A DNA stretch of 64,000 nt from an uncultured Collinsella sp. Lineage in GTDB: Bacteria; Actinomycetota; Coriobacteriia; Coriobacteriales; Coriobacteriaceae. Positions within the stretch are counted from its first letter, which is position 1. Every line of letters begins with the position of its first letter. The notes beneath the pieces were generated by a model. It did not search any database, was not told the origin of the DNA, and worked only from the letters and a program-made list of their open reading frames with translations. Positions 55,572-64,000 of this stretch are shown piece after piece. The stretch spans positions 1,461 to 65,460 of the forward strand of contig CABUOF010000001.1 in the NCBI GenBank assembly GCA_902493125.1, in the 5' to 3' direction. Made by a program: the position numbers and the translations under genes.

Positions 55572-55750
55572 ATGAGTACTGCTACTTTGTTTGCAACATA
55601 TAAAAAGATAGTATTTGCTTAAGTTACGCAACATATGTCCATTATAAGGACTAACAGTCAGATCAAAATCATGCTTTCATCGCCATTTCGACTTGCTATC
55701 TGGCCTTATTAGTTCAAAATTGCTGCTACCAAATCGGTAACAGTACTCAT
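55572..55750. mobile_element. AT-rich 179-bp segment bounded by 14-bp terminal inverted repeats (MITE-like remnant)
   Basis: ATGAGTACTGCTAC (55572-55585) against the reverse complement of GTAACAGTACTCAT (55737-55750), 13/14. One 60-nt line counted by hand gave about 33% GC. Confidence 0.35.
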
Positions 55751-55885
55751 ATTTGATGTTTTTTGACCAGCAGGTCTCCCTGTCTTAGCAAATCTAAGGC
55801 AAAACGGGCTCCAGACCGCTGAATCATGCCGCATAGGGCACGTCCGCAGTCCGGAACCCGGTCCAAATTGAGTTATTGCGCCGCG

Positions 55886-57169
55886 TTAGCCCAAGACATC
55901 CGACAGGATCTCGATCAGGCTGTCCACGTCGGCTTCTTCGCAGACAAGTGGCGGCAAGAAACGCAGCGTATGGGCACCCGTAGCGTTAATCACGGCACCG
56001 GCGGCCAGCGCGCGGGCAACAACATCATGCGCGTCGCCCGCGGCATCATCCAAATCACAGCCGAGCATCAAGCCGCGGCCACGTACCTCGGTCACGTGCG
56101 GCAGCTTGGCGAGCTTTGCCTCCATATAGGCGCCCACCTTGGCAGCATGCTCGGCATAATCGCCACGCACAAGCGCGGAGAGCGTCGCGGCACACGCCGC
56201 GATGGCCAAGCAGCTACCGCCAAAGGTCGAGCCGTGGTCGCCCGGCTTAAACACGTCGGCAATCTCCTTCTTTGCCACAACGGCACCCATGGGCACGCCG
56301 TCGGCAATGCCCTTGGCAAGGCTCATGATGTCGGGCTCCACGCCATAGGTTTGGAACGCAAACGGCTTGCCGGAGCGGAAGATGCCGCACTGGACCTCGT
56401 CGGCGATAAGCACGGCGCCCACTTCGTGTGCCAGGTCACGCGCTGCCGCCATAAACTCCTCGGTCATGGGGTGCACGCCACTCTCACCCTGGATCGGCTC
56501 GAGCATCACGGCACAAATCTCGCTCCCCAGCTGCTTAAAGATCGCACGCAGCTCGTCCACATCGTTGGGCGTGCAGGCCACAAAGCCACCCGGCAGCGGG
56601 CGGAAGCTGTCCTGCAGCCAATCCTGCATGGTGGCGGCAATGGTCTCGAGCGTACGGCCGTGGAACCCGCCGCGCATGCACACGATAGTGTTGCCGCCAT
56701 TACCGGCACGCTTGGCGTACAGGCGCGCGAGCTTCATCGAGCCCTCGTTGGCCTCGGCGCCAGAGTTGGCAAAGAAGGTCTCCCAAACCTGCTCATCCGC
56801 AGCCGGGGCACCAAAAGCAGCTGCCGTGGTCTCATCGCCGGCGGCAATGGCATCGGCAAGCACGCGCGCACCATCTACGTCGTCGTTAGCAAGCTTGGAC
56901 AGCAGCGCCGCGACCTGTCCGCGCTGCTCGATGTAGAAATAGTTGGAGACATGCATGAGCTTTTTAGTCTGTGCTTCGAGCGCCGAGAGCACAGCCGGGT
57001 CGCCATGACCTAGGCTGCACACGCCGATGCCGGCAAGAAAGTCGAGGTACTCACGGCCATCGTCGCCGGTGAGCTTCATGCCGTGACCCTCGACAAACTC
57101 GACCGGAGAGCGGCCAAAGGTATGCATAACGTAATGGGATTCAAGCGATTGCTGAGCTACAAGTGACAT
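55886..57169 (-). CDS. argD: Acetylornithine aminotransferase
   Basis: Class III aminotransferase with DEVQCGIFRSGK and SLAKGIADG (PLP Lys), in the arg operon context. Confidence 0.9.
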   Translation of the reverse strand: MSLVAQQSLESHYVMHTFGRSPVEFVEGHGMKLTGDDGREYLDFLAGIGVCSLGHGDPAVLSALEAQTKKLMHVSNYFYIEQRGQVAALLSKLANDDVDGARVLADAIAAGDETTAAAFGAPAADEQVWETFFANSGAEANEGSMKLARLYAKRAGNGGNTIVCMRGGFHGRTLETIAATMQDWLQDSFRPLPGGFVACTPNDVDELRAIFKQLGSEICAVMLEPIQGESGVHPMTEEFMAAARDLAHEVGAVLIADEVQCGIFRSGKPFAFQTYGVEPDIMSLAKGIADGVPMGAVVAKKEIADVFKPGDHGSTFGGSCLAIAACAATLSALVRGDYAEHAAKVGAYMEAKLAKLPHVTEVRGRGLMLGCDLDDAAGDAHDVVARALAAGAVINATGAHTLRFLPPLVCEEADVDSLIEILSDVLG

Positions 57170-57238
57170 GAGATGCCTTTCGTTGGGCGCCAGACGGCGC
57201 GGGGCTATGGGTGCAGGAATGGGGCGACTGAGGGTCAG

Positions 57239-58219
57239 CTAGACCGTCTGAAGCTTCTCGACCTCGTCAAGGTTCTCGGTCAGACGCGCAGCAAACGTCG
57301 AAAGCGGATGCGGATGCGTATCGAACTCGTAAGCCGTCTCGGTGGAATGGATCACGGTGCCGACGCCGGCATCGGTCAGCAGCTCCAGGAGCAGCGAATG
57401 CGGCGTAGTACCGTTAATGATGTGGGCACGAAATACGCCGCCGGTAAGCGCATCGACGGCCGCACGCAGCTTGGGAATCATGCCCTTATCGACCTCGCCG
57501 CCGTAGAGCATTTCGTTAACCTCGTCGAGCGTTAGGTTGGAGATAAGCGAGCCCTTGTCGCTAAAGTCCTTGTACAGGCCATCGACATCGGTCAAAAAGA
57601 TCGCCTTATGCGCGTGGAGCGCCGCGGCAACGGCACCGGCGGCGGCGTCGGCGTTGATGTTGAAGAAACCGCCGTCCTCCCCCGCCGCGACGGTAGCGAT
57701 GACGGGGATGTACTCGCTATCGAGTAAACGCTCGATATAGTCGGTGTTGACGTGCGTCACTTTGCCCACGCGACCGAGCTCGGGGTCGAGTGGCTCGGCG
57801 ATAAGGGTGCCGGCGTCGCTGCCGGACACGCCCACGGCCAGGTTGCCGTGGTGGTTGAGCGCCGCGACCAGCTCCTGATTGACCTTGCCGCCCAGTACCT
57901 CGCGCACGATGTCCATGGTGGCAGGCGTAGTCACGCGCTGGCCGTTCTTAAACTCGACGGGAATGTCGTAGTGGCTGAGCGCCTCGTTGATAGCCTTGCC
58001 GCCGCCATGCACGATGACGGGGCGCATACCGATGATCTTGAGCAAAACGATGTCGCTCATCACGTCGCGGCGCAGCTGCTCATCAACCATGGCGGCTCCG
58101 CCATATTTGATAACAACCGTCTTGCCGGTCAGGTTCTTAATCCACGGCAGTGCTTCGAACAGCAGCTGCGCGGTTGCTTCGTTGGATTCGCTCGAACGAC
58201 AATCGCGTGCGAATTTCAT
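57239..58219 (-). CDS. argB: Acetylglutamate kinase
   Basis: VVIKYGGAAM...VIVHGGG...INADAAAG. Confidence 0.9.
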   Translation of the reverse strand: MKFARDCRSSESNEATAQLLFEALPWIKNLTGKTVVIKYGGAAMVDEQLRRDVMSDIVLLKIIGMRPVIVHGGGKAINEALSHYDIPVEFKNGQRVTTPATMDIVREVLGGKVNQELVAALNHHGNLAVGVSGSDAGTLIAEPLDPELGRVGKVTHVNTDYIERLLDSEYIPVIATVAAGEDGGFFNINADAAAGAVAAALHAHKAIFLTDVDGLYKDFSDKGSLISNLTLDEVNEMLYGGEVDKGMIPKLRAAVDALTGGVFRAHIINGTTPHSLLLELLTDAGVGTVIHSTETAYEFDTHPHPLSTFAARLTENLDEVEKLQTV

Positions 58220-58300
58220 AATCTGCCTCGTCTTTCGTATCGTTATCGCGCCGTGCTCCGCTGTCCGCAATCGCGGCAAGATGCGCAGCGTGCCTGGAAT

Positions 58301-59569
58301 CTAGGAACGGTAGTCACCGTTAATGGAGATGTACTCGTGCGTGAGGTCGCAGGTCCACACGGTCGTTGCCGCGTCGCCTGCGCCCAGGTCGGCCGAGATC
58401 ACGATCTCGGGCGCCTCGAAACGTCGTAGAGCCTCGTCCTCGTCAAAGGGAACAGTCAGACCATCGCGACAGACAGGCATGCCCATCATGTCGATGGAAA
58501 CGTCTTCCTGATTAAACTTCACGCCGCACTTGCCGAGTGCCATGGCGACGCGGCCCCAGTTGCAGTCGTGGCCGGCGATGCAGGTCTTAACGAGCGGCGA
58601 GTTGGCAACGGCGCGAGCGGCGATATCGGCCTCCTCGTCGTTCACGGCGCCGGTAACGTTGACCGTAACAAGCTTGGATGCGCCCTCACCATCGGCGGCG
58701 ATATTGCGCGCCAGGCTCTCGCACACCTCGTGCACGGCAAATGCCAACTCGTCGAAGGCATCGGAGCCCTCGACGATAGACTCGGCATCTGCGGCAGCGG
58801 CGCCGGAGGAAAGCATGATGCAGGTGTCGTTGGTCGAGGTGTCGGAATCGACCGTTACCTTGTTAAAGGTCTGCTTGACGGTCGAGAGCAGCAGGGTATG
58901 AAGTGCCGCAGGCTCGACGGGGGCATCGGTGGTGATAACTGCGATCATGGTGGCCATATTGGGCATGATCATGCCCGAGCCCTTGCACATGCCGCCTACC
59001 GTATAGACATTGCCCGCATGACCCGCAGCCTCACTGACGTAGGACACGGCATACTCCTTGGAGTGCGTGTCGGTCGTCATGATGGCGCGAGCGGCATCGG
59101 CGCCACCGTGGGCGGAGAGCGCCTCGTAGGCAGCAGGAATGGCGGTCTCAAACGTGTCGATCGGCAGAATCTGGCCAATCACACCCGTGGAGGCAACCAG
59201 AATCTGCTGGGGCTCGCAGCCAATGACCTGCGATGCGATGCTGCACGTCTCGCGCGCGCATGCAAGGCCGGTCTCACCCGTGGCGGCGTTGGCATTGCCA
59301 GAGTTGACCGAAACGCCGGCGATGATACCGTAGCCCTTGTCGGCACCGCCCAGGTTGGCACGGCTCACCTGCACGGGCGCCGCGCAAAAGCGATTGGTGG
59401 TAAACACGCCGGCACCGGGACAGGGTTTATCGGGCACGACAAGCGCATAGTCCAAGCGCTCGGGATTCTTCCGGAATCCCGCATGGATGCCCGCAGCTTT
59501 AAAACCAGCCGCAGCCGTAACGCCACCCTCGACGGCGCGAATCTTGATATCAAACAGCTCGGTATTCAT
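58301..59569 (-). CDS. argJ: Bifunctional ornithine acetyltransferase / N-acetylglutamate synthase
   Basis: GFKAAGIHAG..., the self-cleavage region ATMIAVITTDA, and DLTHEYISINGDYRS at the C-terminus. Confidence 0.95.
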   Translation of the reverse strand: MNTELFDIKIRAVEGGVTAAAGFKAAGIHAGFRKNPERLDYALVVPDKPCPGAGVFTTNRFCAAPVQVSRANLGGADKGYGIIAGVSVNSGNANAATGETGLACARETCSIASQVIGCEPQQILVASTGVIGQILPIDTFETAIPAAYEALSAHGGADAARAIMTTDTHSKEYAVSYVSEAAGHAGNVYTVGGMCKGSGMIMPNMATMIAVITTDAPVEPAALHTLLLSTVKQTFNKVTVDSDTSTNDTCIMLSSGAAAADAESIVEGSDAFDELAFAVHEVCESLARNIAADGEGASKLVTVNVTGAVNDEEADIAARAVANSPLVKTCIAGHDCNWGRVAMALGKCGVKFNQEDVSIDMMGMPVCRDGLTVPFDEDEALRRFEAPEIVISADLGAGDAATTVWTCDLTHEYISINGDYRS

Positions 59570-59703
59570 CGTCTTTATGACTCCTTATGTCAAACAAAAA
59601 ACGGACATCGGTTGGTGCGCCATGCCAGTCGTAACCATGAGACCAGCTTAAGAGTGGCGCCCCACTCGATGCCCGACTACCAAATCGTTAACAATCGAAT
59701 GTG

Positions 59704-60774
59704 CTACACCGGGCACGCCACTGTGGGCAAGCCTCGTCGCTCGTCAAAGCCAAAGACGATATTGGCGCACTGGACTGCTTGGCCCGCAGCGCCCTTGCAC
59801 AGATTGTCGATGGCGCCCGTCGCCACCAGCACGCCCGCGCGCTTGTTGAGCGCGAGGCCGATCTGGGCGGCGTTGGTGCCGACGACCGAAGCCGTCTTGG
59901 GCTGCTGGCCGGCGTCGAGCACACGCACAAAGGTGCGTCCAGCGTAGAACTGCTTGTAATAGTCGACAACATCCTCAAGAGCCAGGGAGTCGATAGCCTG
60001 CGGCGTAAGCGGCATCGTCACCGTGGAGAGCAGGCCACGCTTGAGCGGTGCCAGGTGCGGGGTAAAGACGACGCGATCGGTCAGGCCAAGGATTTGCTCA
60101 ATCTCGGGCGTGTGGCGATGCTTGCCCACGCCGTAGGCCTCCAAATTCTCGTCGGCGCTGCAAAAATGCGTACGAGCGTTGCAAGACTTGCCGGCACCCG
60201 TCACACCGCTGATGGCATCGACAATCACGGGGCCACTCTGGGCAACCCAGCCGGCGCGCACGGCGGGCGCGGCGGCAAGGCTCGTTGCGGTGGGATAGCA
60301 ACCGGCGCAGGCGACCAGCACGGGCCTGCCAGCAGCATGGCTGGAAGCAGCGGTCTCCAAGTCCTGGCAGAACAGCTCGGGCAGGCCGAAGGCACGTGTC
60401 TTGAGTAGCTCGGGGCTCGTGTGCTCGGCGGCATACCATGCCTCAAACACGGCCGGATCGCTCAGGCGGTAATCGGCCGAAAGATCAAAGCAGGAAACGT
60501 CTGCGGCAAGCAGGGCGGGCACCTGCGCCATGGCGGCGGTGTGCGGCACGGCAAGAAAAACCGCATCGCAGCTCTTGAGCTCGGGCGCGTCATGCGTGGT
60601 GAAAACCAGATCGCTCGCGCCAGCAAAGCTCGGATACACCGCGGACAGCGGCTGGCCGGCATCGGCGTTGGACGTAATGACAACAAGTTCAAACTCGGGA
60701 TGACCGAGCACGAGGCGAATGAGCTCGGCTCCGGCATATCCAGCCGCGCCGACGATTCCAACCTTCAATGACAT
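59704..60774 (-). CDS. argC: N-acetyl-gamma-glutamyl-phosphate reductase
   Basis: VGIVGAAGYAGAELIRLV and the active-site region ACAGCYPTA. Confidence 0.95.
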   Translation of the reverse strand: MSLKVGIVGAAGYAGAELIRLVLGHPEFELVVITSNADAGQPLSAVYPSFAGASDLVFTTHDAPELKSCDAVFLAVPHTAAMAQVPALLAADVSCFDLSADYRLSDPAVFEAWYAAEHTSPELLKTRAFGLPELFCQDLETAASSHAAGRPVLVACAGCYPTATSLAAAPAVRAGWVAQSGPVIVDAISGVTGAGKSCNARTHFCSADENLEAYGVGKHRHTPEIEQILGLTDRVVFTPHLAPLKRGLLSTVTMPLTPQAIDSLALEDVVDYYKQFYAGRTFVRVLDAGQQPKTASVVGTNAAQIGLALNKRAGVLVATGAIDNLCKGAAGQAVQCANIVFGFDERRGLPTVACPV

Positions 60775-60881
60775 ATCAGACTCCTTGTCTGCGATTTATG
60801 CACCGATGCGCATTTCGCAGCGGTCGTTATGAAGTGGGTTGAAACTTTAGCACCAAAAGATGCATTAACGCGTAAATGGCT

Positions 60882-60895
60882 TGCATATTCATGCA
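60882..60895. promoter_or_regulatory. ARG-box-like palindrome TGCAT-ATTC-ATGCA upstream of argC
   Basis: 5-bp inverted repeat with a 4-nt spacer, about 110 nt upstream of the argC start. It resembles the TGAAT-N4-ATTCA / TGCAT-N4-ATGCA ArgR core. Confidence 0.35.
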
Positions 60896-60940
60896 TTGAA
60901 ACATTCCTGACACATTCGCTTGAAGGAATTGACAAATGGA

Positions 60941-60994
60941 GCGGGCCCCGTATTGACCGGCGCTCCTAACGGCGCCGGGCAATACGGGGCCCGC
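60941..60994 (-). terminator. Long perfect hairpin between the PNPOx genes and the arg operon
   Basis: 15-bp outer stem GCGGGCCCCGTATTG / CAATACGGGGCCCGC plus a 7-bp inner stem. Confidence 0.6.
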
Positions 60995-61031
60995 GCATGC
61001 GAAAACCAAGTTGTTAGGATGAGCCAGCTGG

Positions 61032-61442
61032 CTAGAGCTCGACCGGCACCCATTCGTCGTGATTGCAGATAAAAGCCTCGGGATCCTCGACGCTAAAGAA
61101 GACGAGCGTGGGGTCGTTAGGCCCCTCATAGTGCTCGCCCAGGCGCTCTAGATGCTTCCACCCGGCTTCGCGCATTTCGTCTAAAGCCCGGTCATCCAAG
61201 CCGGCACGTCCGCGCAAGATGAGCCAGCCATGGCCCGGCCACCAACTCGTGGCCTCAAAGCGCTGATTTTGCAGCAGCTCCTGCCACACATCTTTGGTGC
61301 GCGCCGTTACAAACCACAGTTTGCCGTCCTGAATCTGTGCAAACGAGAACGGACGCACATGTGGCTGTCCGTCCACGCTCGTCGCCAGATACCACGCCGG
61401 CACCGACGTCAGATACTCCAAAACCGTATTCAATCCGTCCAC
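61032..61442 (-). CDS. Pyridoxamine 5'-phosphate oxidase-fold (FMN-binding split barrel) family protein
   Basis: PAWYLATSVDGQPHVRPFSFAQIQDGKLWFVTARTKDVWQEL. Confidence 0.7.
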   Translation of the reverse strand: MDGLNTVLEYLTSVPAWYLATSVDGQPHVRPFSFAQIQDGKLWFVTARTKDVWQELLQNQRFEATSWWPGHGWLILRGRAGLDDRALDEMREAGWKHLERLGEHYEGPNDPTLVFFSVEDPEAFICNHDEWVPVEL

Positions 61443-61486
61443 GTTTCCTCCTGTACTAGCTAGTTTGGGAACCTGGTTTGTGCGAG

Positions 61487-61933
61487 CTAGAGCTCCAGGC
61501 GCTCCTCGCTGCCGTCGATATCACAGAAGCGCGCGGCAATATTGCGGACCGAAAAGAAAGCAAGGCGGCCGTCGTTGGCACTCTCGTGTTCCTCGCCGAT
61601 GCCCACCATGTGCTTAAAGCCTGCTTGACGCACCTTGTCGCTCGCAACTGCGTCGTCCTCAAGTGCGGCCTCGCCGGTCAACACGATCCAACATTCCCCC
61701 GGCTTCCAGCCCGAGAGCTCAAACTTGGGATTCGCACTCAGCTCCGCCCACACATCCTTGTCGCGCGACGTGCAAAACCACAACTTACCGTCATCGACCA
61801 TGGCAAACGAAAACGGTCTCACGCGGGGCTGATGTCCGTCGGCCACATCGGTCGTGGCCAGATACCACGCCGGAATGCGCCTGAGATACGAACAGGCGCG
61901 CTCAAGCTGAGCCGTGCGGTCGTTGTCGGTCAT
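61487..61933 (-). CDS. Pyridoxamine 5'-phosphate oxidase-fold family protein (paralog of 61032-61442)
   Basis: PAWYLATTDVADGHQPRVRPFSFAMVDDGKLWFCTSRDKDVWAEL. Confidence 0.7.
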   Translation of the reverse strand: MTDNDRTAQLERACSYLRRIPAWYLATTDVADGHQPRVRPFSFAMVDDGKLWFCTSRDKDVWAELSANPKFELSGWKPGECWIVLTGEAALEDDAVASDKVRQAGFKHMVGIGEEHESANDGRLAFFSVRNIAARFCDIDGSEERLEL

Positions 61934-61963
61934 AGGGGCCTCTTTCTTGCGCTCGAATCGCGC

Positions 61964-62764
61964 CTAAACAAGTTGAAGATTGATGACGATGACGCAGATG
62001 AGCAGCAACGCCGTCACCATCGCCGCCAACGCATCGCCGCGGCCAAATGCAAGCGCATGCAGACGTGTGCGGCCCTGCTCGCCATGATAGCAACGGGCAT
62101 CCATGGCGGCCGAAAGCGTCTCGGCATGACGGAACACGCCCGTGAACAGCGGAATCGCCACACTGCCGAGCATACGCACGCCGCCGAGCGGGCCTCCCGT
62201 CACGCGCGCACCGCGGCTTGCCTGCGCGTCCGCCGTCTGCTTCATCTCGGTGGCAAACTGCGGCATAAAGCGCAGCGCGATACCCATAATCATGCCGAGC
62301 TCGTGCGCAGGAAGTCCCACACGCGCAAACGGCGCGAGCAGGCGCTCAAAGCCCGCGGTGAGGTCGAGCGTCGGCGTGGTGAGTGTAATGGCGCTCATGC
62401 CGGCCATCATCAACGTCAGGCGGCACGCCATAAAGGCGGCAGAATGCAGCGAGCCCTCGCTTATCTGCAGAAAGCCGAGCTGCCACAGGATGCGCCCACT
62501 CTGATCGGTAAACAAGTTGAGCACCGCGACCACGACGACGATCGCCAGCAGCGGCGCCATCGACGACAGAACGCGACGAACCGGCACCCGAGACACGGCA
62601 TAGGTCAGCACAACGAAAATTGCGACCGGGGCCAGCCCGCGGAAGCCACTGACCGTGAGCGTCGTGATCAGAAACACAAAGCCCAAGAGCAACTTGGTTC
62701 GCGGGTCCAGGCGGTGGATTGCACTATCGCCGGGATAGTAACTGCCAAACGAAAACGCCTCCAT
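61964..62764 (-). CDS. ecfT: ECF transporter transmembrane (T) component
   Basis: CbiQ-family membrane protein whose start overlaps the stop of the ATPase gene. Confidence 0.85.
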   Translation of the reverse strand: MEAFSFGSYYPGDSAIHRLDPRTKLLLGFVFLITTLTVSGFRGLAPVAIFVVLTYAVSRVPVRRVLSSMAPLLAIVVVVAVLNLFTDQSGRILWQLGFLQISEGSLHSAAFMACRLTLMMAGMSAITLTTPTLDLTAGFERLLAPFARVGLPAHELGMIMGIALRFMPQFATEMKQTADAQASRGARVTGGPLGGVRMLGSVAIPLFTGVFRHAETLSAAMDARCYHGEQGRTRLHALAFGRGDALAAMVTALLLICVIVINLQLV

Positions 62765-64000
62765 CAGCAGCCCTCCTCTCGCGAGACCGTCTTGGATTTA
62801 GCAATGTCCGCGACGTTAGAAGGACCGTCCGAGCGACCGATCAGCAAATTTGCCAACTCGTCGGCCAACGACTCAACCGTATAGAGCCCGCTGCGGCGCA
62901 GCGGCACGCCCGCCTCCGTAAGCGCCAGCGCCATACGCTGGGCGGCGGGAACACCCAAGCCGATTGATTTAAGCTCATCCGCATGCGCAAAAACCTGAGC
63001 GGGCGTGCCCTCGGCAAACACCGCACCTTCGTTCATTACGACGATACGGTCGCAGCAATTGGCTAGGTCATCCATGCTGTGCGAAACCATGACAACGGTC
63101 AGGCCCTCGCGATGGAGTCGACCGATGAGCCCTAGGAAATCCTTGCGCGCAGCCGGATCGAGCCCCGCCATGGGCTCATCGAGCACCAGGACCTCGGGCT
63201 CCATGGCGAGCACGCCGGCGAATGCCACGCGCCGTTGCTGACCGCCCGAAAGCTCAAAGGGGCTCTTGTCGCCGACCGTGGAAAGGTCGAGGCCCACGCG
63301 TGAGAGCGATGACTCGACACGACGGTCGACTTCATCTTGCGGCAAGCCAAGGTTATGCGGACCAAACGCCACGTCCTGCGCCACGGTTTCGGCAAACAGC
63401 TGACGCTCAGGATATTGAAACACCACGCCGACCTTGGCCTTAACCGCGGCGGCGTCTTTCTTGTTTGACAGATCGAGCCCCAGTGCGCGAACGGATCCCT
63501 CCTGAGGGCGAATCAAACCGTTGAGATGCTGGACCAGCGTCGACTTACCCGAACCGGTATGACCTGCCAAGCCCAGGAACTCGCCGCGACGCACCGTCAG
63601 CGAAACATCACGTAGCGCCCAGGGGCTGTTTGGATCGTTGCCCCAAAGGGCCTGTTTGCTCGATGCGTCCGCAGTGGTCGAGCGTTTGCGCCATCGACGG
63701 CGCTCGCGGGCACTCAGCGAGTAACTATGCGAGAGATGCGAAATCTCGATAACGGGCTCCGACGCGGCCGCCTCGTCAGTCGCAGAGAATGCATTGTCAA
63801 GCACATGGGAATCGGATACGGAAGGCTGCCCTGCGATGTCCGTCCCACTCCGCTCGGCATAAGCCTGCACAATCTCGGCGACCATATCTGCCTCGCGCAC
63901 CTGCGCGCAAACGGGCACGCCCTTCTCAAGAAGTGCCCTACCTAGGCAGCACGACGCCGGCATATCCAGGTTGAGCTGCGCAAGCTCATCCGCCCGCGTC
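62764..64000 (-). CDS. ecfA: ECF transporter ATPase; EcfA2 domain apparently fused in-frame to an upstream EcfA1 domain (5' end outside window)
   Basis: GHTGSGKST, LSGGQQRR and VLVLDEP motifs. The frame stays open to nt 64000, and residues LAQLNLDMPASCCLGRALLEKGVPV look like an EcfA1 C-terminus. Confidence 0.8.
   Translation of the reverse strand, partial: TRADELAQLNLDMPASCCLGRALLEKGVPVCAQVREADMVAEIVQAYAERSGTDIAGQPSVSDSHVLDNAFSATDEAAASEPVIEISHLSHSYSLSARERRRWRKRSTTADASSKQALWGNDPNSPWALRDVSLTVRRGEFLGLAGHTGSGKSTLVQHLNGLIRPQEGSVRALGLDLSNKKDAAAVKAKVGVVFQYPERQLFAETVAQDVAFGPHNLGLPQDEVDRRVESSLSRVGLDLSTVGDKSPFELSGGQQRRVAFAGVLAMEPEVLVLDEPMAGLDPAARKDFLGLIGRLHREGLTVVMVSHSMDDLANCCDRIVVMNEGAVFAEGTPAQVFAHADELKSIGLGVPAAQRMALALTEAGVPLRRSGLYTVESLADELANLLIGRSDGPSNVADIAKSKTVSREEGC

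Noticed and set aside
1-64000. Search for integrase, transposase, phage structural genes, restriction-modification or known multi-gene defence systems.
   Set aside because: None of the ORFs shows the corresponding motifs (for example the tyrosine recombinase R-H-R-Y region, DDE signatures, or methyltransferase DPPY/FxGxG). The only defence- or stress-type modules I can support are the two HipA loci and the RelB/PIN pair.

Overview
64-kb, high-G+C chromosomal segment. The gene content (veg, yacP-like NYN gene, disA, clpC, ECF module, rpmG-tRNATrp-secE-nusG-rplKA) suggests a Coriobacteriia-like actinobacterium; that is an inference from content only. I support about 60 protein genes and 8 tRNAs. 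I found no rRNA, no CRISPR array, and no intact IS element, integrase or prophage.

Most genes are minus-strand housekeeping:
- asnS, cysS and lysS
- tuf, rplA, rplK, rpmG, nusG and secE
- ispD, ispF and ispE
- disA, clpC, greA, tatA, dtd, rdgB and rph
- murI, a murE-like ligase and asnB
- argCJBD
- an ECF transporter module

Accessory or unusual content:
1. A lower-GC rpiR/GH1/PTS-EIIBC beta-glucoside island appears to split a conserved tRNA-tuf cluster. It is bounded by about 31-bp imperfect direct repeats.
2. There are two HipA-family kinase loci. One is a single-chain HTH-HipA preceded by a 28-bp inverted repeat. The other is a hipBA pair with three ATGCA-N6-TGCAT sites.
3. A RelB/PIN toxin-antitoxin pair.
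4. A 1479-aa BcrAD/BadFG-type activase fusion with a TetR gene and a palindromic operator.
5. A cytoplasmic ParB-like/BMP fusion coupled to a metallophosphoesterase.
6. A LysRS with an extra C-terminal tRNA-binding domain.
7. Several families of intergenic structured repeats: about 100-nt palindromes 3' of cysS and lysS, 27-bp repeats, and sequence-related terminator cassettes.
8. A tRNA-Val followed by a duplicated tRNA 3' end and an AT-rich MITE-like remnant.

I did not recognise one clear-cut, complete new multi-gene system. The best candidates for follow-up are listed under findings. All protein calls rest on by-eye motif recognition, not on database searches.
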